Origin: Patescibacteria group bacterium
GTDB lineage: Bacteria > Patescibacteriota > JACPGU01
Length of the DNA: 64,000 nt
Direction: 5' to 3'
NCBI GenBank assembly: GCA_028718745.1
Contig: JAQULF010000002.1
Span: 11,628-75,627, forward strand
The notes below the pieces were generated by a model that searched no databases, was not told the DNA's origin, and saw only the letters and a list, made by a program, of their open reading frames with translations. Every line of letters begins with the position of its first letter. Within the stretch, counting starts at the first letter, position 1. Position numbers and translations under genes: made by a program. Positions 17,042 to 26,965 of the stretch are shown one piece after another.

Positions 17042-18400
17042 TTAATTTTTTACTTTAAAATCATTCCCCAATATTATCTCAATGTCATAACCTTTGTCTT
17101 TTTCATCCAATGTTATAACCGGTACGCTGCCAAGATGCTTTGCCAAAAAATCAATCGTATATTTATTCCTGCCATTTGAATAATCATAGATAAAGGTCTT
17201 TTCGTACGGCTTATTATCCGTGGGACTTTTAACATCGTTTTTATTAACCATAGCATCATAGCCAAATGATTTTAAATCTTCAACAGTCTGTCCGGCCCAA
17301 TACGAATTTTTTGTACTATTGGTAACTAATATCTTTGGATGTTCGGCAGCTAACAGTGGGTCTTTGAAATACTGACTGACAAAATCATGAATTTCGCCTA
17401 ATGTGCTGTCTTGGGGAACCAAGACATACATCTCGTCATATTTGTCAGCATAAAGAAATCCGTCAGCGCTATCATCCAGTACTTTGGTTTTTATTTTGTC
17501 AGGTTTTATATCTTTAGCGATAGAAAAGAGTTCCTCCATTTCTCCTACCTGCATATCCGTTCGTAAATTATCGGAAAGTATATTCATTATTTGAGCAATC
17601 TTGCTTGGATTAAAACTTTTTACCGCCTTTTCTTTGGCAGCTACAATAACTTCTTGTTGCCGGCGAGATCTATCAAAGTCGCTGGATGTTTCACGAGATC
17701 TTGCATATTTTAACGCTGTTTCCCCATCCAGATGATGCAACCCCGTCTCTATATAAAACGGATCATAACCAATGGCATATTTATCAGGAAAATAAGGATC
17801 GTAGATTTCTTTGGTAACATTTATGTCTACGCCTCCTAAAGTATCAATAATTTTTTTGAATCCATCAAAATTAATCACTGCCGCATAATGTATAGGTACT
17901 CCCAAAAAATCTCCGACTGTTTTTTTGACTAATGCCATATTGCCATCTATAGCGCTTTTTTTCTCTCCTCCCGAGGCAGAAACATCCTTGGGATCTTGCA
18001 GGCTAAAAATTGAATTAATTTTATGTGAACCATAGCCCGGTACTTTAATGTATAAATCTCTTGGAACCGAAATCATGGCCACTTCGTCATTCTTTGGATC
18101 AATACTAACCACCGATATAGTATCCGTAAGATTGCCACCGGGATAATTGTCCCCTCCTATACCCATCAGAAGTATGTTGATTCTCCTGTCTCCCTGCGAC
18201 AATTTGCTAATATCGGTATCACCTCCGGAAAGATAAGGAGAGGCGCTTTCCGAACGAGCTGTTACGATTTTTTTGGTCATAGTATAGGCTCGAGCACCAA
18301 AGAAAATAACTGTTCCAATCAGAAAAATAACCAGAATGGTAAAAATGGCCCGACTATAATCTATTTTTTTAATTTTTATAATTTCCACTTCTTCTTGCAT
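17042..18400 (-). CDS. LytR-CpsA-Psr (LCP) family cell-envelope phosphotransferase
   Basis: 452 aa with an N-terminal TM helix. LCP core 'RINILLMGIGGDN...LTDTISVVSIDP...ISVPRDLYIKVPGYG...INSIFS' plus a LytR_C-like C-terminus. Confidence 0.8.
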   Translation of the reverse strand: MQEEVEIIKIKKIDYSRAIFTILVIFLIGTVIFFGARAYTMTKKIVTARSESASPYLSGGDTDISKLSQGDRRINILLMGIGGDNYPGGNLTDTISVVSIDPKNDEVAMISVPRDLYIKVPGYGSHKINSIFSLQDPKDVSASGGEKKSAIDGNMALVKKTVGDFLGVPIHYAAVINFDGFKKIIDTLGGVDINVTKEIYDPYFPDKYAIGYDPFYIETGLHHLDGETALKYARSRETSSDFDRSRRQQEVIVAAKEKAVKSFNPSKIAQIMNILSDNLRTDMQVGEMEELFSIAKDIKPDKIKTKVLDDSADGFLYADKYDEMYVLVPQDSTLGEIHDFVSQYFKDPLLAAEHPKILVTNSTKNSYWAGQTVEDLKSFGYDAMVNKNDVKSPTDNKPYEKTFIYDYSNGRNKYTIDFLAKHLGSVPVITLDEKDKGYDIEIILGNDFKVKN

Positions 18401-18576
18401 TTTATTTAAATTTATTTTTAGTTAAAATGAAGAAACATCACAGAATATGATGTTTTTCATAAACGATACAACGCCTTAATATTATATCATAGAAAATCAA
18501 TTTCCACAAAGTGCTTTTATAATGGAAGCCTTTCTGGTAATATTATATTTGGTTATTAAATATCACAAAAGACCTC

Positions 18577-19323
18577 ATGAATCTAACAGAAAAAACTTCC
18601 GAAGAATCAGATGGTTTGAACGAAAAAAAAGGAGCATTTTTAAAAAGAATTTTAACAGATCTTAAGAACTCTTTTTATTTTATTTGGGATATCGGCAAAA
18701 CTCTGATTTTTGTAATCGCCATAGCTTTTTTAATAAGATTCTATTTGGTTCAGCCTTTTTATGTAGAGGGCCAATCAATGGAGCCTGGTTTTAATAATGG
18801 CGAATATCTTTTAATTGATGAATTAACCTATCATTTCAGAAGTCCCGAGAGAGGTGAAGTGATTGTATTTCGACCACCTATCAGTACTTATCAAAATTAT
18901 ATAAAAAGAATTATAGCTCTTCCGGGAGAAGAAATTGATTTTCAAAACAATAGTAATGGAGATTTTATAATAAAAAATCAGAAACATATAACCGGCGAAA
19001 CACTTGAAGAACCATATCTTAACCCAAATACGCCGACACGATCAGAAAAAGATGTAAAATTAGAAGATCAAAATTATTTTGTTATGGGAGACAATCGCAC
19101 GCAAAGTTCCGATTCCAGAATATTCGGACCCGTGTTCAAAAAAAATATTACCGGTCGCGTTTGGTTTTATATCAAAATGGAGCCCTGGAAAAGTATTCAT
19201 TTAGGAGGTTTGAAGTTAACCATTCCGAAAATAAAATCTATGGGGAGAATCGCCAAGCCCCAATATAAAATCGATAATTTATCTTTCTCTATCCCGCAAG
19301 ATGATACTGATCGGCACGCCTAA
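18577..19323 (+). CDS. lepB: Signal peptidase I
   Basis: 248 aa. S26 motifs 'GQSMEPGF', 'YIKRIIALPGEEI', 'GDNRTQSSDSR'. Confidence 0.85.
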   Translation: MNLTEKTSEESDGLNEKKGAFLKRILTDLKNSFYFIWDIGKTLIFVIAIAFLIRFYLVQPFYVEGQSMEPGFNNGEYLLIDELTYHFRSPERGEVIVFRPPISTYQNYIKRIIALPGEEIDFQNNSNGDFIIKNQKHITGETLEEPYLNPNTPTRSEKDVKLEDQNYFVMGDNRTQSSDSRIFGPVFKKNITGRVWFYIKMEPWKSIHLGGLKLTIPKIKSMGRIAKPQYKIDNLSFSIPQDDTDRHA

Positions 19324-20631
19324 AAGATTCAATCTCAATCTTAGTTGGCCTTCGATATATTCGATATATTTCGGTTTAAAATATTTTTTGTTGTTTACAA
19401 ATATCACTATCTCAACCGGATTTTTGCCAGTTTGGACCGCATAAAAAACTTTCAAATCTATAAAGCCCATATCCAATATGATTTTTCTAATCATATTGTT
19501 GAGCAAAGAGGTTTTAATAGCAATACTTGATATGTTTTCCAGTCTTTTAATTTCTTCCAGCATCCTTTCGATGCCCTTTTCTTGGATAGCGGAAATAAAA
19601 ACAAAAGGAAACTTTTTGAAAATACTATAATCAATAGTTATCAACTCTTGATATTTTTTTTCTGTCATATCGGGCGACTTCAGATCCCATTTGTTTACTA
19701 CAACCAAAATACTTTTTCCTTTTTTCCAAGCGTAATTGATCAATTTTATATCATAGCTCGAAACTAATGAAGAAACATCTAGAAGATAGAGAACGATGTC
19801 CGCTCTATTTATAGATTCTATAGACTTATGAGAAGATTCCTTGTCTAACTTTTCATAAATTTTTGTTTTGCGTCTCAATCCAGCTGTATCGATAAAAAGA
19901 TAGTCTTTTTTCCCTATCTTGATTTTTTCGTCAATTGAGTCGCGCGTTGTTCCGGCAATCGTAGTAACAATGCTTCGTTCAGATCCATAAAGGGTGTTAA
20001 AAAGAGACGATTTACCTACATTGGGTTTTCCAATAATTGCAATTTTTGTAGTTTTTTCAGTAGTTGATTTTATACTCTTGTTTTTCCTAAATTTTAGCTT
20101 TTTTTGAATCAGCTCAATTAATTCTCCGATATCTAAATTAGCAATCGCTGATATAGCTACAACATCCGAAAAACCCAAAGCATAAAAATCATAGATATTA
20201 TTTTTTTCGGATTCTTTTTCAACTTTATTCACAACCAGGATCACTGGCTTCTTGGATTTTCGCAAAAGTTCTGCTATTCTTTTTTCTTCATCCCCTATAA
20301 CAACTTTGCCATCAACTACAAAAATTATAAGATCAAGGCGATCCAAATTCTTTAGGATACTTGATTGAACATTTTTTTCAATAACCTCCGCCGTATTAAA
20401 ATCAAATCCGCCGAAGTCAATTAACTCCGAAATGTTTCCATCCAGATCAAGCTCACCCGAAACATAATCTCGAGTGGTGCCGGCTATGGAAGAAGTAATC
20501 GATCTGCTCTTTTTTATTAATCGATTAAACAATGTTGATTTACCAACATTTGTTCGACCGATAATGCCAATCCTCTTCATATTTGTAATAATTCGTACCA
20601 AATTTGTAACGATTTGTAATCCATTATTCAA
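19279..20631 (-). CDS. der: Ribosome-biogenesis GTPase Der (EngA), tandem GTPase domains
   Basis: 450 aa with two P-loops (GRTNVGKSTLFN and GKPNVGKSSLFN) and a KH-like C-terminus. Its 3' end overlaps lepB convergently by 45 nt. Confidence 0.9.
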   Translation of the reverse strand: MNNGLQIVTNLVRIITNMKRIGIIGRTNVGKSTLFNRLIKKSRSITSSIAGTTRDYVSGELDLDGNISELIDFGGFDFNTAEVIEKNVQSSILKNLDRLDLIIFVVDGKVVIGDEEKRIAELLRKSKKPVILVVNKVEKESEKNNIYDFYALGFSDVVAISAIANLDIGELIELIQKKLKFRKNKSIKSTTEKTTKIAIIGKPNVGKSSLFNTLYGSERSIVTTIAGTTRDSIDEKIKIGKKDYLFIDTAGLRRKTKIYEKLDKESSHKSIESINRADIVLYLLDVSSLVSSYDIKLINYAWKKGKSILVVVNKWDLKSPDMTEKKYQELITIDYSIFKKFPFVFISAIQEKGIERMLEEIKRLENISSIAIKTSLLNNMIRKIILDMGFIDLKVFYAVQTGKNPVEIVIFVNNKKYFKPKYIEYIEGQLRLRLNLLGVPISIILRDRER

Positions 20632-22621
20632 TTCTAGTGAGTTCTTTTTTCTTTTGCTGTTTTTTGAATGCGACCACTCGATCGCTTTCTTCTATCTTTA
20701 TTTTTGCTCCTTCAGTCTCTGTTTTAAAAACAACATTCAGTCCAAACTCTTTGCCTTTTTCAGCCTCATTTATTGTTTTGTCGCCTTCTTTCAAATTCAC
20801 CGCTTTTCCCTCTGCTATGAAATCCTCATTTCGATAAATTCTAATGATAGCGTCTTTTTCAAATTTACCTACATTTACTCTGACTCCCAATATCTTGTCG
20901 CGAGCCGAATCTTTAAAGATTTTTAGAACTTGACCTTTACCAATTTCAATTTCTTCCTCTTCCGGTTCGAGAAGCCCGGATAAGGTCAATACTACTTTGT
21001 CAATTAATTCATAAATAATATCAAATGTTTCAACTGCAACTTTAGTATTTTCCAATAATCTTTTGGCGTTTGAACTGATTTCAACTCGGAATCCAAGTAT
21101 AATGGCATCGGTTGCCTGCGCCATTTTTATATCAGAATCATTGATATCTCCCACTCCATCATTAATTATTTTTAAACTCACTTCTTCAAATTTCATATTC
21201 TCTAATGAATCCCGAATAGCCTTAAGCGAACCCATAAAATCTGACTTGATAATTAAATTCAATTCCCGTAAATTTCCGGAACGAACAGCCTCGGCAGCGT
21301 TAGTAAGAGAAAAAACATTTTGTTGAATTTTTTTAAATGAAGATTCTTTTCTATACTTCTCAATTTTGGCTTTCGCTTCGACATTTGATTCGCACACTTC
21401 CATCAAGTCTCCGAATTTTGGAACGGCAGATAAACCTGAAATTCGAACCGGATCAGACGGATAAGCTTCCTTAATTCTTTTCTTCTTGTAATCATTCATT
21501 GATTTTATTTTGCCCCAGACTCCTCGGCCTATCGTAACGGCATCTCCGATTTTCAGAATTCCATCTCGAACTAAAATTGTTGCTACAGGACCTCTTCCTG
21601 GATCGAGCTTTGCTTCAATTACAAATCCATTTGCCGGAACATCCGTATAACTTTCCAATTTTTTCATATCCGCTACTAACAATATCAAATCCAAAAGCTC
21701 ATCGACTCCTTGTCCTGTTTTTGCAGAAACGCTCCCCATTACAGTAGACCCTCCCCATTCTTCGGGAACAAGTCCGATATCAGCTAGTTCTCTTTTGGTT
21801 TTTTCTATATTGGCATCCGGTTTATCAATTTTGTTTATTGCCACAACTATTGGCACGCCGGCTTCTTTGGCAAAATTTACCGATTCTTTTGTCTGCGGTT
21901 TTACACCATCATCAGCCGCCACAACCAAAACCGCAACATCCGTAATGCGAACACCATGTTCGCGCATAGCCGAAAAAGCTGCGTGGCCAGGCGTATCGAT
22001 AAATGTTATCTTTCTTTTTTTTCTTTCGATCTGATAGGCGCCGATTCGCTGTGTTATTCCGCCTGATTCCCCCTCAATTACATTGGTTTTGCGAATATAA
22101 TCCAATAATTTTGTCTTGCCATGATCCACATGTCCAATAATTGTAATAACCGGTGGACGAATTTTTTTCTTTTTGCCGATTGTTCTATTTTCCACTTTAG
22201 AATTCTTACTAACCACTTTTTCTTCTCTTTTTATTTTGAATCCCAAATATTCTCCTACTATTTCCGCTGTCTCAAAATCGATATTTTCATTGAGCGAAGC
22301 CATGACTCCATTTTTGATCAATTCAGTCATAACGCGAGTTATCGGCAATTCTAGCTTTTCAGAAAATTCTTTTACCGAAATAACATCGGGAATTAAAATC
22401 GATTTTTCTTCAAGGATAGTTTCTTTTATTTCCTCTTCCGGCTTTATAACACTTTCCGTATTTAAGGTCATGCCTTTTTGTACCAACTCAATAAACTCTT
22501 TGGCTTTCTTATCGCTCATCGTATTGGATTTCTGGGCAATAGAAAAATCAAGCTCTTTTGCTTTATCGCGAACTTCTTTTATAGAGACACCCAATTTTTT
22601 TGCTATGTCAGATATCTTCAT
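20624..22621 (-). CDS. infB: Translation initiation factor IF-2
   Basis: 665 aa. G-domain 'GHVDHGKTKLLD', 'DTPGHAAF', 'NKIDK', plus C-terminal beta-barrel domains. Confidence 0.95.
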   Translation of the reverse strand: MKISDIAKKLGVSIKEVRDKAKELDFSIAQKSNTMSDKKAKEFIELVQKGMTLNTESVIKPEEEIKETILEEKSILIPDVISVKEFSEKLELPITRVMTELIKNGVMASLNENIDFETAEIVGEYLGFKIKREEKVVSKNSKVENRTIGKKKKIRPPVITIIGHVDHGKTKLLDYIRKTNVIEGESGGITQRIGAYQIERKKRKITFIDTPGHAAFSAMREHGVRITDVAVLVVAADDGVKPQTKESVNFAKEAGVPIVVAINKIDKPDANIEKTKRELADIGLVPEEWGGSTVMGSVSAKTGQGVDELLDLILLVADMKKLESYTDVPANGFVIEAKLDPGRGPVATILVRDGILKIGDAVTIGRGVWGKIKSMNDYKKKRIKEAYPSDPVRISGLSAVPKFGDLMEVCESNVEAKAKIEKYRKESSFKKIQQNVFSLTNAAEAVRSGNLRELNLIIKSDFMGSLKAIRDSLENMKFEEVSLKIINDGVGDINDSDIKMAQATDAIILGFRVEISSNAKRLLENTKVAVETFDIIYELIDKVVLTLSGLLEPEEEEIEIGKGQVLKIFKDSARDKILGVRVNVGKFEKDAIIRIYRNEDFIAEGKAVNLKEGDKTINEAEKGKEFGLNVVFKTETEGAKIKIEESDRVVAFKKQQKKKELTRIE

Positions 22622-22722
22622 AGACCATCATTATACCATAAAATTTGCATTTTACAAAGAATGTGCTATAAATGTAGTTAAAGGTCGAGTATATTTAAAA
22701 AATAAAAATAAAACCTAGGACT

Positions 22723-22965
22723 ATGCATATGTGCAAAAAATGTTTTTTATCGTTAATAGGACTTCTCTTTTCTGCTAAGGTTATATTCATTGTTGTTTAT
22801 TGGATTGTCGCAGGCAAAATGGTTGTTACAATGAATAATTGGATGGCTCCTACATGGCTTTTCTATATGGGAATAATCGTAGATGCGATATTGGCTCTTT
22901 GGGCATTTAAGCTTGTGATGATTTGTGATTGTGAGTGCAAGACTACAAAGAAAAAGAAGAGATAG
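22723..22965 (+). CDS. Small membrane protein, hypothetical
   Basis: 80 aa with two TM helices and a K-rich tail. Confidence 0.35.
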   Translation: MHMCKKCFLSLIGLLFSAKVIFIVVYWIVAGKMVVTMNNWMAPTWLFYMGIIVDAILALWAFKLVMICDCECKTTKKKKR

Positions 22966-22974
22966 ATTATCAAA

Positions 22975-23010
22975 AAATCATCCCCGATTAATCGGGGATG
23001 ATTTTTTATT
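22975..23010. terminator. Bidirectional intrinsic terminator
   Basis: Perfect 17-bp inverted repeat aaaaatcatccccgatt/aatcggggatgattttt flanked by A/T runs. Sits between a plus-strand gene end and the gyrA (minus) stop. Confidence 0.75.
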
Positions 23011-23017
23011 TAAAACT

Positions 23018-26000
23018 TTATCCTATCCTCTTTCTCTTAAATCCTTCAATTTTTAACGGACCTTTTTTGAATGTTGAGGCGGAAAAGAAATCGATGCCAC
23101 CAGATTTCTTGGGCTTAACTTTCTTTAGAGTTTTTACTTTTTTCACAACAGCTTTTTTAATTGGTTTTTTAGGCTTAACTTTTTTAACAATTTTTTTGAC
23201 TGTTTTTTTCAGCTTAACCTTTTTGATCAGTTTAATCTTTTTGACAACCTTCTTTATGGGTTTTGGCGGTTTAATTTTTTTAACAGATTTTTCTTTTTTT
23301 ATCGCTCCAGTCTTTTCTATTTTCTTAATCTTTTCCTGCTTGGGCGCAAAATTTTGCGCCCCTACGGTTTTGTTTTTCTTTTCCTTTTTCTCATGATACT
23401 TTTCTTCCTGACTCATTCCAATAATCTCGAGTCCTTCATCAACTTTTTCCAATTCACTAATCTCTTCAACCTCAACATCTTCTCGCTTTATTGCTTTCTG
23501 GCTTTCTTGCTTTATTGTTTTTTTGTCCTCCGCCTTCTTCTCCCCGCCTGCATCGCTATGCGAAGCATTGCGGGCAGGTCCCGCATCACTCTTACTCGCT
23601 TCGTCATCTTCTTCGTTGGAAATTATACTCATTGAGGCGATCTTATCACCTTCATGCATCTTCATTATCTTAACGCCTTGAGTGGAACGACCGATTGTCC
23701 GAATATCTTTCAATGGTGTTCGAATTACTTGACCTTCTTTTGAAATACAGATTAAATCCATGTCGCGAGAATCATCTACCACCATAGTTCCAATAAGTTT
23801 TCCCGTCTTTTCAGTAACATTGGCAGTTTTAACTCCTGATCCCCCACGATTTTGAGCAGTATATTCTTCTATCGGCGTTTTCTTACCAAGACCATTTTCT
23901 GATAAAACCAATAATTTTAATCCTTTTTCTCCTTCGGTAATAACATCTGATCCAACAACGAAATCATCGCCTCTCATTTTCATACCTCTTACTCCTCGGC
24001 TCGCTCTACCCATTGGTCTGGCATCTTTTTCATTGAAGCGAATCGATTGACCTTGAGAACTTACCATCATCACATCGTCCTTCCCTGAAGTTAATTTAAC
24101 CCAGTCTAGTTCATCGCCGCTATCTAATTTAATCGCGATAATTCCGCTCTTCCTAACATTTTTATAATCAGCAATTTTAGTTTTCTTAATCGTTCCTTTT
24201 TTAGTAATCATAAACATATATCCTTCTTGTTCCGGATTTTTCAAAGTAATCATCGAGGTTACTTTTTCGTCACTACCAACTTGAATGATATTTACCACCG
24301 CCTGTCCTTTGGCAATACGAGATGAAATCGGAATTTCAAAAGTTCTCGTTTGGAACACTCTGCCTTTGTTTGTAAAGAATAGAAGGTAATCATGATTCAT
24401 TGTGGTTGTGATATGTGCAATAGAATCTTCCTCTTTCATTGTCGCGCCAATCACACCTTTACCTCCGCGAGACTGTGTGCGGTAAGTATTTATCGGCATT
24501 CTCTTTATGTAACCGCCTTCGGATAATGTGACAATTACTTCTTCATTCGGCACCAAGTCTTCATCGCGGAATTGTCCGATGGCCTTCTTTACAATTTTGG
24601 TTCTTCTGTCATTACCGTGTTTTTCTTTTACTTCCAACATTTCATCTTTAATAATTTTCATTATCCTTTTCTCATCAGCAAGTACCGCTTCAAGCTCCTT
24701 TATTAAAGCTTTAACCTCTTTATACTCATCCTCAATTTTTTGGCGCTCAAGAGCTGCGAGAGCAGATAAGCGCATATCCAAAATTGCTTGCGATTGAATA
24801 TCGGAAAGCTTGAATTTTTTCATCAAGTTTTCTTTAGCTTCCTCTTTATTTTTGGATTTACGAATTGTTGATATAACTTCGTCGAGGTGATCTAGCGCTA
24901 TTTTTAAACCTTCCAAGATATGCATTCGATCTTTTGCTTTTTTCAATTCAAATTGAGTTCTGCGAATTACCACTTCTTTTCTATGCGCGATATAATATTC
25001 CAAAACTTCTTTAAGATTCAAAACTCGTGGTTGAAGACCATCGACTAACGCCAACATATTTACAGAGAATGTATCCTGAAGCGATGTCATTTTATACAAT
25101 GAATTCAAAATCTTTTGCGGATACGCATCTTTCTTTAATTCAATAACTACGCGCACGCCATCTCGGTCCGATTCATCGCGAAGATCGGAAATTCCTAAGA
25201 TCTTTTTTTCCTTGTGAAGCATTGCAATTTTTTCTACAAGTGTTGCTTTATTCACTTGATATGGAAGTTCTGAAATTATGATTTTGAAATCTCCGCCTTT
25301 CTTGCCTTCTTCGATTTTTGCTTCTCCTCGCATCACTACTCTTCCTTTTCCGGTCGTGTAGGCTTGTTTGATTTCTTCCGCATTGTAAATAGAACCTCCG
25401 GTTGGAAAATCGGGACCCGGAATAAATTGCATCAGATCTTCCGCCGTCGCGTTTTTGTTATCGATAAGATGAATCGTCGCATCCACTAACTCGCCAAGAT
25501 TATGTGGCGGAATTTTTGTTGCCATACCTACGGCAATACCTTCTACTCCGTTAAGGAGCAAGCTTGGAACTTTTGATGGCAAGACCTGCGGCTCTTGTTG
25601 TGAACCATCATAGTTTGGTATAAAATTGACTGTTTCTTTTTCTAAATCAAAAAGCATTTCCTCTGCGATTTTTGTTAATTTTGCTTCTGTATAACGCATG
25701 GCAGCGGCACTATCTCCGTCCATCGAGCCGAAGTTACCCTGACCATTTACAAAAGGATATCGCATTGAGAAATCTTGCGCCATTCTCACCATTGATTCAT
25801 AAATGGCCGTATCTCCATGAGGGTGATATTTACCCATAACATCACCGACGATACGAGCAGATTTGCTAAATTTTGCATTGGCTTTCAAACCGGTATTCCA
25901 CATAGAAAATAAAATTCTACGGTGAATCGGTTTCATTCCATCTCTCACATCAGGAAGTGCGCGCTGAACAATAACGCTCATCGCATAGTCAAGAAATGAT

Positions 26001-26143
26001 TCCTGCATTTCCGTCACAATCTCGCGAGGCTTCAAATATCCATAGCGAAGATCATCAACTGCAGGCTCCACAGCTTTTGCGGTTTTTTCATTCTCTAAAT
26101 TTTCCTTGTCCGCCGATGAGGCGGAATCTTTTTCATCTGGCAT
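23018..26143 (-). CDS. gyrA: DNA gyrase subunit A with unusual C-terminal acidic segment followed by a lysine-rich tail
   Basis: 1041 aa. Has the active-site Tyr region '...[11 protein letters not shown]', the QRDR and the beta-pinwheel CTD. An acidic stretch is followed by roughly 140 residues of KKxK-rich repeats ([27 protein letters not shown]...). Confidence 0.9.
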   Translation of the reverse strand: MPDEKDSASSADKENLENEKTAKAVEPAVDDLRYGYLKPREIVTEMQESFLDYAMSVIVQRALPDVRDGMKPIHRRILFSMWNTGLKANAKFSKSARIVGDVMGKYHPHGDTAIYESMVRMAQDFSMRYPFVNGQGNFGSMDGDSAAAMRYTEAKLTKIAEEMLFDLEKETVNFIPNYDGSQQEPQVLPSKVPSLLLNGVEGIAVGMATKIPPHNLGELVDATIHLIDNKNATAEDLMQFIPGPDFPTGGSIYNAEEIKQAYTTGKGRVVMRGEAKIEEGKKGGDFKIIISELPYQVNKATLVEKIAMLHKEKKILGISDLRDESDRDGVRVVIELKKDAYPQKILNSLYKMTSLQDTFSVNMLALVDGLQPRVLNLKEVLEYYIAHRKEVVIRRTQFELKKAKDRMHILEGLKIALDHLDEVISTIRKSKNKEEAKENLMKKFKLSDIQSQAILDMRLSALAALERQKIEDEYKEVKALIKELEAVLADEKRIMKIIKDEMLEVKEKHGNDRRTKIVKKAIGQFRDEDLVPNEEVIVTLSEGGYIKRMPINTYRTQSRGGKGVIGATMKEEDSIAHITTTMNHDYLLFFTNKGRVFQTRTFEIPISSRIAKGQAVVNIIQVGSDEKVTSMITLKNPEQEGYMFMITKKGTIKKTKIADYKNVRKSGIIAIKLDSGDELDWVKLTSGKDDVMMVSSQGQSIRFNEKDARPMGRASRGVRGMKMRGDDFVVGSDVITEGEKGLKLLVLSENGLGKKTPIEEYTAQNRGGSGVKTANVTEKTGKLIGTMVVDDSRDMDLICISKEGQVIRTPLKDIRTIGRSTQGVKIMKMHEGDKIASMSIISNEEDDEASKSDAGPARNASHSDAGGEKKAEDKKTIKQESQKAIKREDVEVEEISELEKVDEGLEIIGMSQEEKYHEKKEKKNKTVGAQNFAPKQEKIKKIEKTGAIKKEKSVKKIKPPKPIKKVVKKIKLIKKVKLKKTVKKIVKKVKPKKPIKKAVVKKVKTLKKVKPKKSGGIDFFSASTFKKGPLKIEGFKRKRIG

Positions 26144-26155
26144 ATTTCTAAAAAT

Positions 26156-26341
26156 TTATTTTGCTAAATTATTTTGTATAGGAAAATCCCGCTTCGACCA
26201 ATCATATCTCACATCATATTCAAAAAAGTATGTGGCAATAAGAAGGGCGATTAAAAAAATAAAAATTAATGGAAATAGAATCTTCATAAAAGCATAAACT
26301 GCCGATCGCACATTTTTAATTTTATCTTTTTCTTCTGGCAT
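26156..26341 (-). CDS. Small membrane protein, hypothetical
   Basis: 61 aa with a single TM. Sits between gyrB and gyrA. Confidence 0.3.
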   Translation of the reverse strand: MPEEKDKIKNVRSAVYAFMKILFPLIFIFLIALLIATYFFEYDVRYDWSKRDFPIQNNLAK

Positions 26342-26353
26342 ATGTCTAAAAAA

Positions 26354-26962
26354 TTATTTCACAAGTTTTATATTAGTAAAAAAGGAATAACATTGACCAA
26401 CGCCACCCCTAGGAGCAGACTCTAACTTTGTCACAGTAATCTCAACGGGATTTTCTTTGTTACTGGCGATTATTTTTTCTAAATCACTAACCGGAATAAT
26501 GTTTTGTTCGGTACATCCAATGCCGATACTGTTTTCTTCCAAAAAAGCGTTGCCCACATTCTCTTTCAAGAAATCGTAAACAAGATCACTGCTGCTTTTT
26601 GTGAGAACAAAATATATATAATCTGAGCTTGCTATATCGCAACCATAACTACCAATCGCACATTCCCTGTGTTTTATATCTACATAGCCATCGAAAGTAA
26701 AGTCTCCCCATAAGTCTTTTATTCCATATTTATTTTTTTCAAAAAAAACATTCCCTTGCTTAATGGAGTTAGAATTAACCAACGGTTGTTTAGCTTCTTC
26801 TGTGTTGTTTGTATCATTATATTTATTTTGTAAAGCTGAGACTTCTGTAATTACCTTAGCTTTCCCGCCATTTAAAATACCTTTTTGCCACAAATAAACT
26901 CCGCCGCCAGAAACTCCAGCAACAACTATGATTAGCAAAATTGTTAGAATTATTTTTTTCAT
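26354..26962 (-). CDS. Membrane-anchored hypothetical protein
   Basis: 202 aa with an N-terminal TM helix and Cys-containing exported domain. Lies immediately downstream of gyrB. Confidence 0.4.
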   Translation of the reverse strand: MKKIILTILLIIVVAGVSGGGVYLWQKGILNGGKAKVITEVSALQNKYNDTNNTEEAKQPLVNSNSIKQGNVFFEKNKYGIKDLWGDFTFDGYVDIKHRECAIGSYGCDIASSDYIYFVLTKSSSDLVYDFLKENVGNAFLEENSIGIGCTEQNIIPVSDLEKIIASNKENPVEITVTKLESAPRGGVGQCYSFFTNIKLVK

Positions 26963-26965
26963 TTT

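Noticed and set aside
22998-23635. Plus-strand ORFs of 132 and 93 aa inside gyrA, and similar antisense ORFs inside infB, gyrB, dnaE, hsdM, hsdS (e.g. 20474-20926, 22173-22718, 57920-58441, 48150-48764)
   Set aside because: Each lies fully antisense to a long, well-supported housekeeping gene. They have low-complexity F/L/S-rich translations typical of antisense reading of AT-rich coding DNA.
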